64,000 nucleotides of DNA, from NCBI RefSeq assembly GCF_037042905.1, contig NC_087246.1, forward strand, positions 34,224,001 to 34,288,000, given 5' to 3'. The DNA comes from Lytechinus pictus. Lineage: Eukaryota. The translations under genes and the position numbers were made by a program. The notes under the pieces were generated by a model that made no database searches, was not told the origin of the DNA, and worked only from the letters and a program-made list of their open reading frames with translations. Positions 38,742-48,614 of the stretch are shown here, piece by piece; position 1 is the stretch's first letter; every line of letters begins with the position of its first letter.

Positions 38742-38813
38742 TAGCATAGCGAGGTTTCGATCCTCGGACCTCTGGGTTATGGGCCCAGCACGCTTCCGCT
38801 GCGCCACTCTGCT
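38742..38813 (-). tRNA. tRNA-iMet (CAT), C68A variant
   Basis: Third copy of this variant. Confidence 0.88.
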
Positions 38814-39028
38814 TCATTGGAATTACTGGGATATCTCCACACAAATCAATGTAAATGAGAAGGAATGAGATGAAAATAAATAGTTACAAAAAAGTACATT
38901 TAGCAGATTAGATTTCTCATTCATGGCTCAATATTTTTTTGCGTAACTTTTTTCTAATAAGTCAAAAGAAATATGACTATTTCTTTTCAATTAAATATAT
39001 TAAACGATCGGTTAAGAAAACAATATGT

Positions 39029-39100
39029 TAGCAGAGCGAGGTTTCGATCCTCGGACCTCTGGGTTATGGGCACAGCACGCTTCCGCTGCGCCACTTTGCT
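39029..39100 (-). tRNA. tRNA-iMet (CAT), G30U+G5A variant
   Basis: Anticodon- and acceptor-stem mismatches. Confidence 0.75.
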
Positions 39101-39586
39101 TCCCGATAAATACTACTCTCTTTCCATAATGATTCCATTTTAACAATTATGAAAACGATGTAAAGGAGTGAATGAAAGGGCAACAAGGAACAATTGAAAA
39201 AAATACAAATTTAGCAGAGCGACTTTGAAAAAATACTCCCCATACATGGACCAAAGCATCGCTAATTTGCTTCTATATATATGCATGATGAACAGTGCTT
39301 AGAAAATCACGCAAAAATAGACTTTACTTCCATTCTAATCGAAAATTATTATGAAGACACATTGCGATTACAGTATCAATAATGAGAAGGAACTCTAAGA
39401 ATGAATGGAATGACAAGAAACAATCAAAAAATAATAATTTAGCAAAACTATTTTGTATTCATGGGCCCAAGCACCCTAGAGCCATTTTGCTTTTATATTG
39501 AACAATAACTTGTACTAGAAAATCATGCACAAGAAATAGACATCCTTCCAGTTTAGTTGAAAATATTATAACGATAAAAAATGTAT

Positions 39587-39628
39587 TAGCAAAGGTTTTG
39601 ATACTCTGACGTCTGGGTTTACTCTGAT
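39587..39628 (-). pseudogene. Internally deleted tRNA-iMet pseudogene
   Basis: Same deletion as 27174. Confidence 0.7.
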
Positions 39629-39863
39629 TTACCAATTTTAGTTGTCCTCCCAATTTGATTTAAACCATATTATCTATATGAGGGGAATAAAATTAAAATA
39701 ACAAGTAATTTTATAAACAAAGTGAGCAGAGCGAAGTTTCAAAGGACTTTTCATGTATTTGCCGAGTTCATGTCCTATGCGTATAACTTTGCTTCTTTAA
39801 CAACCGGAATTTTGATGAAAAATGTTATACGTCGATGATAAAAACAAAAGAAAGAAAATATAT

Positions 39864-39935
39864 TAGCAGAGCGAGGTTTCGATCCTCGGACCTCTGGGTT
39901 ATGGGCCCAGCACGCTTCCGCTGCGCCACTCTGCT
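39864..39935 (-). tRNA. tRNA-iMet (CAT), consensus
   Basis: Identical to consensus. Confidence 0.95.
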
Positions 39936-40009
39936 TTATTGGAATTACTGGGATATCTCCACACAATTCAATGTAAATGAGAAGGAATGAGATGAAAATA
40001 AATAAAAAA

Positions 40010-40029
40010 TTCTGCTGCGCCACTCTGCT
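40010..40029 (-). pseudogene. 5' 20-nt remnant of tRNA-iMet left by a deletion
   Basis: TTCTGCTGCGCCACTCTGCT followed by a normal upstream spacer. Confidence 0.75.
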
Positions 40030-40268
40030 TCACGATAAATGCTAGCTTCTTTTCATCATGATTGCAATTATTATAGAATAATCTGTACAATGAATGACAA
40101 GAAACAACTTCAAAACAAATTTGGCAGAGTGATACTTCAAGACTTTTATAGCCCAGCGCAGCAATATTTTACTTCTATGTATATAATGAACAATGCATGC
40201 AAAATCATGCAAATAAATAGACTTTTCTTCCCTTTTTTAATCGAAAATATGAAGGGAAAAAATGGTAT

Positions 40269-40340
40269 TAGCAGAGCGAGGTTTCGATCCTCGGACCTCT
40301 GGGTTATGGGCCCAGCACGCTTCCGCTGCGCCACTCTGCT
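40269..40340 (-). tRNA. tRNA-iMet (CAT), consensus
   Basis: Identical to consensus. Confidence 0.95.
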
Positions 40341-40577
40341 TTATTGGAATTATAGGGATATCTCCAGATAATTCAATGTAAATTATAATTATATCAAAAG
40401 TAATAAAATGAAAATAAATAATTACGAAAGCATACATTTAGCAGAATAGATTTCGCATTGTTCAATATAACTTAGTCATTTTTGCGTAACTTTTTTCTAA
40501 TAAGTCAAAAGAAGTTACTTCTTTTCAATTAACATGATCAAATATATCAAATGACCAGTAAAGTGGAAAAAATATGT

Positions 40578-40649
40578 TAGCAGAGCGAGGTTTCGATCCT
40601 CGGATCTCTGGGTTATGGGCCCAGCACGCTTCCGCTGCGCCACTCTGCT
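40578..40649 (-). tRNA. tRNA-iMet (CAT), G46A variant
   Basis: One variable-loop change. Confidence 0.9.
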
Positions 40650-40888
40650 TCACATAAAATGTCTGTCTCTTTTCATCATGATTCCAATTATGAGAATAAT
40701 CTGTACAAATGAATGACAAGAAACAACTTCAAAACAAATTTGGCAGAGTGATACTTCAAGACTTTTATAGCCCAGCGAAGCAATGCTTTAGTTTTATATA
40801 TATAATGAACAATGTTTGCAAAATCATGCAAATAAAGAGAATTTTCTCCCCTTTTTAAACTAAAATATAAAGCAAAAAAAAAAGGTAT

Positions 40889-40960
40889 TAGCAGAGCGAG
40901 GTTTCGATCCTCGGACCTCTGGGTTATGGGCCCAGCACGCTTCCGCTGCGCCACTCTGCT
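40889..40960 (-). tRNA. tRNA-iMet (CAT), consensus
   Basis: Identical to consensus. Confidence 0.95.
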
Positions 40961-41197
40961 TTATTGGAATTATAGGGATATCTCCAGATAATTCAATGTT
41001 AATGATAATTATATCAAAAGGAATAAAATGAAAATAAATAATTACGAAAGCATACACTTAGCAGAATAGATTTCGCATTGTTCAATATAACTTAGTCATT
41101 TTTGCATAACTCTTTTCTAATACGTAAAAAGAAGTAACTTCTTTCCAATTAACATGATTAAATATATCAAACGACCAGTAAAGGGGAGACAATATGT

Positions 41198-41269
41198 TAG
41201 CAGAGCGAGGTTTCGATCCTCGGACCTCTGGGTTATGGGCCCAGCACGCTTCCGCTGCGCCACTCTGCT
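41198..41269 (-). tRNA. tRNA-iMet (CAT), consensus
   Basis: Identical to consensus. Confidence 0.95.
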
Positions 41270-41403
41270 TCATGAGAAATACGATGATACCTCCACATAA
41301 TTTAATGTAAATGATAATTATACATGTATAAGAAGGAATGGAATGAAAATAATTAGTTGCGAAAACTTACATTTAGCAGAATAGATTTCGCATTGCTCAA
41401 TAT

Positions 41404-41645
41404 TACATACACGCGTTATAGCATATCCATATCCCCTCCTCCTCCGTCTCATTACTTTACTATGAATTTTGTTATGAATTGAATTGACTCGTTATAATCC
41501 ATGTGCATATTATCTCTTTACTTTATGTTTGTTTATGTATATTCATTTTATTTTACCCTGTACACTGTTCGTCTAGAACAGATAACCTGGGCGCATTGTA
41601 ATTGTTTCCCTTTTTATCAATAAAAGGTGATTTATAATATATGTA
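41404..41645 (+). mobile_element. Foreign insertion in an array spacer, probable LINE 3' UTR fragment
   Basis: Non-spacer T-rich sequence with AATAAA near its end; absent from paralogous spacers. Confidence 0.45.
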
Positions 41646-41706
41646 TAATGCAAATACTATTTTCTTCCTTTTTTTAATCGAACATTATTAACGAAATAAA
41701 GTGTAT

Positions 41707-41778
41707 TAGCAGAGCGAGGTTTCGATCCTCGGACATCTGGGTTATGGGCCCAGCACGCTTCCGCTGCGCCACTCTGCT
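41707..41778 (-). tRNA. tRNA-iMet (CAT), G45U variant
   Basis: One variable-loop change. Confidence 0.9.
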
Positions 41779-42032
41779 TCGCAATAAATGCCAGGTTCTT
41801 TTCATCATGATTCCAATTATGAGAATAATCGGTAAAAACGATGGACAACATGAAACATTTAAAACAAACTTAGCAAAGTGATACTTCAAGACTTTTTATT
41901 CATTAGCCAGCGCAGCAATATTTTGCTTCTACATATATATATTTAACAGTGCTTTAAAAATGCTTTAAAAATAATGCAAATAAATAGATTTTTCTTCATT
42001 TTTTTAATCGAAAATATCAACGAAAAATGTAT

Positions 42033-42104
42033 TAGCAGAGCGAGGTTTCGATCCTCGTACCTCTGGGTTATGGGCCCAGCACGATTCCGCTGCGCCACTC
42101 TGCT
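42033..42104 (-). tRNA. tRNA-iMet (CAT), G22U+C48A variant
   Basis: D-stem and tertiary 15:48 pairs disrupted. Confidence 0.7.
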
Positions 42105-42373
42105 GCATGTTAAGTACAAGAGTATCTTTTCATAATAAACCAATTTTAATGATCATGGGCATAACCTCTAAGAATGAATAAAATTACCGCTAGAAACAAA
42201 TAAAAATAAATCTAGCAGAGCGAATCTTCAAAAGACTTCTCATTTATGGGGCAATGCAGAGCCATTTTGCTTTTATAATGAAGATTATTTTGTATTAGAA
42301 AATTGTGCAAAACAAATACATTTCCTATCATTTTAATCGAAAATATTAGACGAAAAAACAACAACAATCAAAT

Positions 42374-42445
42374 AAGCAGAGCAATGTTTCGATCCTCGGA
42401 CCTCTGGATTATGGGCGCAGCACTCTTCCGCTGCCCCACAATGCT
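42374..42445 (-). pseudogene. tRNA-iMet pseudogene
   Basis: ~9 substitutions breaking all four stems. Confidence 0.8.
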
Positions 42446-42599
42446 TAACGATAAATACCAGTCTCTTTTTTATAATGATTTCAATTATAAGAATATCTGT
42501 AAAAACGATGGACAACAAGAAACAATTAAAAACAAATTTAGCAGAGTGATACTTCAAGACTTTTTATTCAGTTGCTAGCGCAGAAATATTTTGCTTCTA

Positions 42600-42763
42600 C
42601 ACTGTAAAAAATGAAGTGCTAATTCAGCACTTAAAGTGCTTGTATAGTGACTGCTCTACGAGTGCTGATTTTCTAGTTTAAATTTGAACTAAAAAATCAG
42701 CGCTCGAAGTGCAGTCACTATGCAAGCACTGTAAGTGCTAAATTAGCACTTCATTTTTTTACA

Positions 42764-42766
<3 letters not shown>
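42600..42766. mobile_element. Palindromic CACTGTAAAA-TIR MITE followed by (TA)n
   Basis: Near-complete inverted repeat; absent from paralogous spacers; (TA)n at ~42769-42826. Confidence 0.85.
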
Positions 42767-42829
<63 letters not shown>

Positions 42830-42886
42830 TGCAAATAGACTTTTCTTCCTTTTTTTAATCGAACATATTAACAAAAAAAGGTGTAT

Positions 42887-42958
42887 TAGCAGAGGGAGGT
42901 TTCGATCCTCGGACATGTGGGTTATGGGCCCTGCACCCTTCCGCTTGGCCACTCTGCT
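42887..42958 (-). pseudogene. tRNA-iMet pseudogene
   Basis: ~7 substitutions (G65C, G45U, G43C, U28A, C23G, C13A, G12C). Confidence 0.75.
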
Positions 42959-43403
42959 TTAGTGGAATGACTGGGATATCTTCACATAATTCAATGTAAA
43001 TGATAATAATATAAGAAAGAATGAAATGAAAATAAATAGTTACGAAAACATACATTTAGCAGATTAGATTTCTCATTCATCGCTGAATATAAAACTTAGT
43101 CATTTTTGCGTAGATTTTTTTTCTTCCAATATGTCAAAAGAAATACACTACTCAAAAAAAGTTAAGGACCACTTTTTAAAACGTACATAAAGATTTTATA
43201 CAAGGTGTTTTATTTCTGGAAATACCTCAGTACAACTGTCCTAAATGTCCTTAAACACGCTGTAATCAATTTCACGCATGGGTGGTTTCAGTTGTTGCAC
43301 AATGTCTCTCGCATCACTGCACATCCTGAAAAGTGGGCCCCGAGGGGTATCAGCTACCGACATGAAGTGGTAAAAACGAATGTCTGAGTGTCTTTCAGGC
43401 AGT

Positions 43404-44425
43404 TCAGTAACGAGTGTGACCACCTCCTGCAGCAATAACGGCTTCACAGCGCTGTCTCATGGAGCTGATGAGGCGATTGATGTCTCTGACGTCCAGTGCA
43501 TCCCATGCAGCCTCCAGAGCCACACCCAGCTGCTGCAGTCCAAGTGGATGGGCTTCGAGCTGCTCGAGACTCCTCCCCATCATGTCCCAGACGTGCTCTA
43601 TCGGGTTTAAGTCCGGGGACCTCGCTGGCCACTCCATACGCTCAATCCCCTGGCCCTCAAGGAACTCGGTCACCACCCAAGCTCGGTGGGCACGGGCATT
43701 GTCATCCATGAAAATGATGTTTTGTCCCACATTTTCTGCAAATGGCACCACTATAGGTTCAAGGACCTCATCCCTGTACCTCACTCCTGTCATTGCTCCC
43801 CCTGGGACCACGTAGAGACGAGTACGGTTGGCGTAGGTGATGCCTCCCCACACCATGACGCTGCCCCCCCCCATAACGGTCATGTTCTGCAATACAGGGG
43901 TCTGCAAATCTCTCTCCTGGTCGCCTCCAGACTCTCGAACGTCCATCATTGTGGTCAAGGGAAAATCTGCTCTCATCTGTGAACAGAACTCTACGCCATT
44001 GCTGTCTGGTCCATCTGACATGCTCCCGGGCCCAGTTGAGACGAATTCTTCTGTGAGCAGGGGTGAGTGGGACACACTGAGCTGGCCGTCTGGCATGCAT
44101 ATTGGCTCTGTGAAGTCGGTTACGGATTGTTTGAGTGGAAACAATCACTCCAGTTGCTGCAGCGAAGTCATTGTTGAGGCGGCGTGCACTGTGAAAGCGG
44201 TTGCGGAGGCTGAGATTCGTCAAGTAGCGATCATCTCTAGGGGTTGTCGAAACTGGTCGGCCACTGCGGGGTCTCTCGGAGTATAGCCCTGTCTCTCGGT
44301 GTCTTTGATTTGCTCTGCTAATGACACTGTGCCATCATTCTGGCTACTCTTCGCTGACTGAGGCCAGCTTCCAGCATCCCTAGGGCTCTGGCTACATCTG
44401 TTTCACTTAGGTGGTGTCTTGGCAT
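43404..44425 (-). pseudogene. Tc1 transposase with two frameshifts
   Basis: MPRHHLS...RSGRP (HTH), VLFTDESRF, SVMVWG, MDDNA-34aa-NPIE; frameshifts near 44333 and in the G9 run at 43864-43872. Confidence 0.9.
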
Positions 44426-44815
44426 TGCTGTTGTAGGCAAGTTGTTGATTGTACAGACTAAAGACGGAAAATGCTTTGGAAGACACTTGTCTTATGGCCC
44501 ACTGCAATGATGCCAGAGACATCATGAAAGAACTGCATGTGTGAAATTGATGTCATTGTGTTTGATGGCATTCTGGACAGCTGTATCTTGGCATTGCTAT
44601 TGTCAGCAAGTTGTTGATTGTAGAGACTAAAGACAGAAAATGCTTTGGAAGCCACTTTTGTACGGGCACATTGCAATGATGCAAGAGACATGAAAGAACT
44701 GCATGTGTGAAATTGATTTCATTGTGTTTGATGGCATCCTGGACAGCTGTATCTTGGCATTGCTGTTGTCAGCAATTTGTTGATTGTAGAGACTAAAGAC
44801 AGAAAATGCATTTGA
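44418..44815. repeat. ~167-bp tandem repeat (2.4 copies) in the Tc1 5' region
   Basis: TCTTGGCATTGCT...AGACTAAAGAC...AAATGC recurs at 44418, 44587 and 44752. Confidence 0.85.
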
Positions 44816-45092
44816 ATCCACATTTGTACCACTTCACAATGGGCCCACTTTTCAGGATATGCAATAATGCGAGAGACATCATGCAACAACTGAAACCACC
44901 CATGTGTGAAATTGTTACAGGGTGTTTGAGGAGATTCAAGACAGCCATATTCGGGTATTTCTAGAAATACAACACCCGGTTTGAAAATTGTATACACACA
45001 TTAAAAAGTGGTCCTTAACTTTTTTTGAGTAGTGTATGTTATTCCTTTTCAATTGAATATTACAAAAGATCGGTTAAGAGGAAATAGTATGT

Positions 45093-45164
45093 TAGCAGAG
45101 CGAGGTTTCGATCCTCGGACCTCTGGGTTATGGGCCCAGCACGCTTCCGCTGCGCCACTCTGCT
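45093..45164 (-). tRNA. tRNA-iMet (CAT), consensus
   Basis: Identical to consensus. Confidence 0.95.
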
Positions 45165-45408
45165 TCACGATAAATGCAAGTTTCTTTTCATCATGATTGC
45201 AATTATGAGAATAATATGTACAAATGAATGACAACAAGTAACAACTTCAAAACAAATTTAGCAGACGGATACTTCAAGACTTTCTATAGCCCAGCGCAGC
45301 AATATTTTGCTTCTATGTATATAATGAACAGTGCTTACAAAATCATGCAAATGAATAGACTTTTCTTCCTTTTTTAATCGAAAATATGAACGAAACCAAA
45401 AATGGTAT

Positions 45409-45480
45409 TAGCAGAGCGAGGTTTCGATCCTCGGACCTCTGGGTTATGGGCCCAGCACGCTTCCGCTGCGCCACTCTGCT
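45409..45480 (-). tRNA. tRNA-iMet (CAT), consensus
   Basis: Identical to consensus. Confidence 0.95.
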
Positions 45481-45724
45481 TCACGATAAATGCAAGTTTC
45501 TTTTCATCATGATTGCAATTATGAGAATAATATGTACAAATGAATGACAACAAGTAACAACTTCAAAACAAATTTAGCAGACTGATACTTCAAGACTTTC
45601 TATAGCCCAGCGCAGCAATATTTTGCTTCTATGTATATAATGAACAGTGCTTACAAAATCATGCAAATGAATAGACTTTTCTTCCCTTTTTAATCGAAAA
45701 TATGAACGAAACAAAAAATGGTAT

Positions 45725-45796
45725 TAGCAGAGCGAGGTTTCGATCCTCGGACCTCTGGGTTATGGGCCCAGCACGCTTCCGCTGCGCCACTCTGCT
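45725..45796 (-). tRNA. tRNA-iMet (CAT), consensus
   Basis: Identical to consensus. Confidence 0.95.
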
Positions 45797-45982
45797 TTAC
45801 GATAATGTCGAAGATACCTCCACATAATTCAATGTTAATGATAATTTTATAAGAAGGAATGAAATGAAAATAAATAGTTGCGAAAACATACATTTAGCAG
45901 AATAGATTTTTCACTCATGCCTCAATATAACTCAGTCATTTTTGCGTAACTTTTTTTTCTCCAATAAATCAAAAGAAATATG

Positions 45983-46138
45983 GGGCCTGTTTCATACAGG
46001 ACTTACAACTGTTGTAACTTTGTTATTATGACAACTACCATAGAAACCTTGATTCTGATTGGCTGCCGAGCCCTGTTACCATGGTAGTTGTCATAATGGC
46101 AAAGTTAAAAAGTTGTAAGTCCTTTATGAAACGGGTCC
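45983..46138. mobile_element. Palindromic MITE (Harbinger-like) in an array spacer
   Basis: GGGCCTGTTTCATA / TATGAAACGGGTCC TIR, ~60-bp inverted arms, ATG TSD. Confidence 0.8.
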
Positions 46139-46199
46139 ATGATGCTACTTCTTTTCAATTAAATATATTAAACGACCAGTAAAGAGGAAAAAAATATAT

Positions 46200-46271
46200 T
46201 AGCAGAGCGAGGTTTCGATTCTCGGACCTCTTGGTCGTGGGCCCAGCACGCTTCCGCCGCGCCACTCTGCT
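46200..46271 (-). pseudogene. tRNA-iMet-derived copy with anticodon CAC (probable pseudogene)
   Basis: U36C, A37G, C41A, A14G, G53A. Confidence 0.7.
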
Positions 46272-46516
46272 TTTTGGGAATTACTGGGATATCTCCACAT
46301 AATTCAATGTAAATGATAATTATATAAGAATATGAGGAATAACGTGAAAATAAATAGTTGCGAAATCATACATATAGCAGGTCAGATTTCTTATTCATGG
46401 GTCAATATAACTTAGTCATTTTTGCTTAACTTTGTTTCTAATAAGTCAAGATATATGACTTTATTCCTTTTCAATCAAATATATTAAACCACCAGTAAAA
46501 AGGAAAAAATATATAC

Positions 46517-46588
46517 TAGCAGAGCGAGGTTTCGATCCTCGGACCTCTGGGTTATGGGCCCAGCACGCTTCCGCTGCGCCACTCTGCT
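46517..46588 (-). tRNA. tRNA-iMet (CAT), consensus
   Basis: Identical to consensus. Confidence 0.95.
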
Positions 46589-46770
46589 TCATTGGAATTT
46601 CAATGAATCCTCCACATAATTCAATGTAAATGATAAAAGATTTCGCATTCAACGGTCAATATAACTTAGTCATTTTGCATAACTTCATTTTATTAAGTCA
46701 AAGGAAATATGATGTTATTTCTTTTTAATCAAAAATATTAAACCACCAGTAAAGAGGAAAAAATATATAT

Positions 46771-46842
46771 TAGCAGAGGGAGGTTTCGATCCTCGGACCT
46801 CTGGGTTATGGGCCCAGCACGCTTCCGCTGCGCCACTCTGCT
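46771..46842 (-). tRNA. tRNA-iMet (CAT), G65C variant
   Basis: One T-stem mismatch. Confidence 0.85.
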
Positions 46843-47080
46843 TCATGAGAAATACAAAGATATCTCCACATAATTCAATGTAAATGATAATTATATAAGA
46901 AGGAATGAAATGAAAATAAAGTTGCGAAAACATACATTTAGCAGAATAGATTTCGCATTCAACGGTCAATATAACTAAGTCATTTTGCGTAACTTTGTTT
47001 TTATTAAGTCAAAAGAAATATGGCGTTATATATTTTCAATTTAATATATTAAACGATCAGTAAAGATGAAAAAAATATGT

Positions 47081-47152
47081 TAGCAGAGCGAGGTTTCGAT
47101 CCTCGGACCTCTGGGTTATGGGCCCAGCACGCTTCCACTGCGCCACTCTGCT
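47081..47152 (-). tRNA. tRNA-iMet (CAT), C16U variant
   Basis: D-loop change. Confidence 0.92.
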
Positions 47153-47340
47153 TCACGATAAATACCATCTCTTTTCATAATGATTGCAATTATGAGAATA
47201 ATCTGTTAAAACAATGGACAACAAGAAACAATTCAAAAAAATTAGCAGAGTGATTCTTTAAGACTTTTTATTCATTATCTAGCGCAGAAATACTTCCTTT
47301 TTTAACTGAACATAATTTTATTAACGAAAAAAGGGTGTAT

Positions 47341-47412
47341 TAGCAGAGCGAGGTTTCGATCCTCGGCCCTCTGGGTTATGGGCCCAGCACGCTTCCGCTG
47401 CGCCACTCTGCT
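47341..47412 (-). tRNA. tRNA-iMet (CAT), U47G variant
   Basis: Variable-loop change. Confidence 0.9.
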
Positions 47413-47601
47413 TCACGATAAATACCAGTCTCTTTTCATAATGATTGCAATTATGAGAATAATCTGTAAAAACAATGGACAACAAGAAACAATTAAAAAA
47501 AATTAGCAGAGTGATACTTTAAGACTTTTTATTCATTATCTAGCGCAGAAATACTTCCTTTTTTAACTGAACATAAGTTTATTAACGAAAAAAAAGTGTA
47601 T

Positions 47602-47673
47602 TAGCAGAGCGAGGTTTCGATCCTCGGACCTCTGGGTTATGGGCCCAGCACGCTTCCGCTGCACCACTCTGCT
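47602..47673 (-). tRNA. tRNA-iMet (CAT), C11U variant
   Basis: U11-G24 wobble retained. Confidence 0.9.
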
Positions 47674-47857
47674 TCACACGGCTATTGATCAGTAATAACA
47701 TGGTTTTAAATAAAATCATCTTCGGGTATAACATTATGGCCATCTTTTTTCTAATACTACAATTGTATTCAAATCCATTCTGCCACCCACCTTGTTATGA
47801 ATAAAATATGGGTAGGAAAGCTCGATATTATCCTCCAGTTCTAAAAATTATTTTGGA

Positions 47858-48200
47858 GAGGAGCCGTGGTGTAGTGGTTCTGACTCTCGCCTTGTAAACA
47901 GAGTGTCGTTTGTTCGAATCCCACCGCGGTCTGACGTTCTTTGGCAAGGCGTTAATTCACACTTTGCCACACTCGACCCAGGTGCGAAATGGGTACCCGG
48001 TAGGATGTAGCTTGTCCAGTACTGTGTGCGCGTCACCGGCGACTGACTGGAATACTCCCCAGGGAGAGGAGGATGTGCACACATTGTGTGCGGGAATGAC
48101 TGATTGAATCCAATGACCGGGGTAATAATATATCTGTAAAGCGCTTAGACACGTCGTTCCGATGTATTAAGCGCTAATAAAAAAGCGGGTTATTACTATT
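47858..48200 (+). mobile_element. tRNA-derived SINE with a Nin/Deu-like central domain and L2-type tail
   Basis: A box TGGTGTAGTGG, B box GTTCGAATCCC, CACTCGACCCAGGTGCGAAATGGGTACC, tail TGTAAAGCGCTTAG...TAAGCGCTAATAAAA...TTATTA. Confidence 0.85.
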
Positions 48201-48267
48201 TTAATACGATTTAATCAAATAATTTATCATTTCCTTTTAACATGTCTGATAAAAAACCCTGTGTCGA

Positions 48268-48614
48268 GGAAAAACTTTGAATTTCCTTAAAATAAAATTT
48301 ACAGAAATCATTAATGCGTGTTTTGGCATTATAATTTTTTTAATAACTATTGAAATGTACCAGCATTATCGTAAAGTAGTCAACGGAATATCTAATTTGA
48401 ATATTGTAGATTGCTCTACCCTGCGGTAAATAACTGATAATTTCTTTTTAATCCCTGGGTAAAGGAAAAACTTTGATTTCCCCAAAATATAATACAGAAA
48501 TAATTAATTCGTGTATTGGCATTATGTCCTTTTTTAAACAATGAAATGTACCAGCATTATCTTGATATAGTCAATAGAATATTTCCATTTTATTATTGTA
48601 GATTCCTCTACCCT
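48268..48614. repeat. Diverged tandem duplication, ~196-bp period
   Basis: GGAAAAACTTTGA...GAAATGTACCAGCATTATC...ATTGTAGATT-CTCTACCCT occurs twice. Confidence 0.75.

Larger units (their letters stand above)
43146..45034 (-). mobile_element. Tc1-family DNA transposon (DD34E), 1889 bp
   Basis: TA TSD; perfect 34-bp TIR CACTACTCAAAAAAAGTTAAGGACCACTTTTTAA; imperfect inverted homology extending to ~200 bp. Confidence 0.95.
24092..47673 (-). repeat. Tandem array of initiator tRNA-Met genes (48 full-length copies, ~260-340-bp basic unit, ~3.86-kb higher-order repeat)
   Basis: 72-nt gene repeated head-to-tail with related AT-rich spacers; a T-run terminator follows the genes. Confidence 0.97.

Noticed and set aside
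42887-42958. Apparent compensatory G12C/C23G change suggesting a functional variant
   Set aside because: Five other substitutions, four of which break D, anticodon and T stem pairs, make chance more likely.
24057-46969. Many short ORFs sharing KQSGAAEACWAHNPEVRGSKPRSAN or SRARFRSSDLWVMG
   Set aside because: These are conceptual translations of the tRNA gene on either strand, not proteins.
24092-47673. CRISPR-like appearance (identical repeats with variable spacers)
   Set aside because: The repeats are 72-nt eukaryotic tRNA genes, the spacers are mutually homologous and 190-770 bp long, and there are no cas genes.
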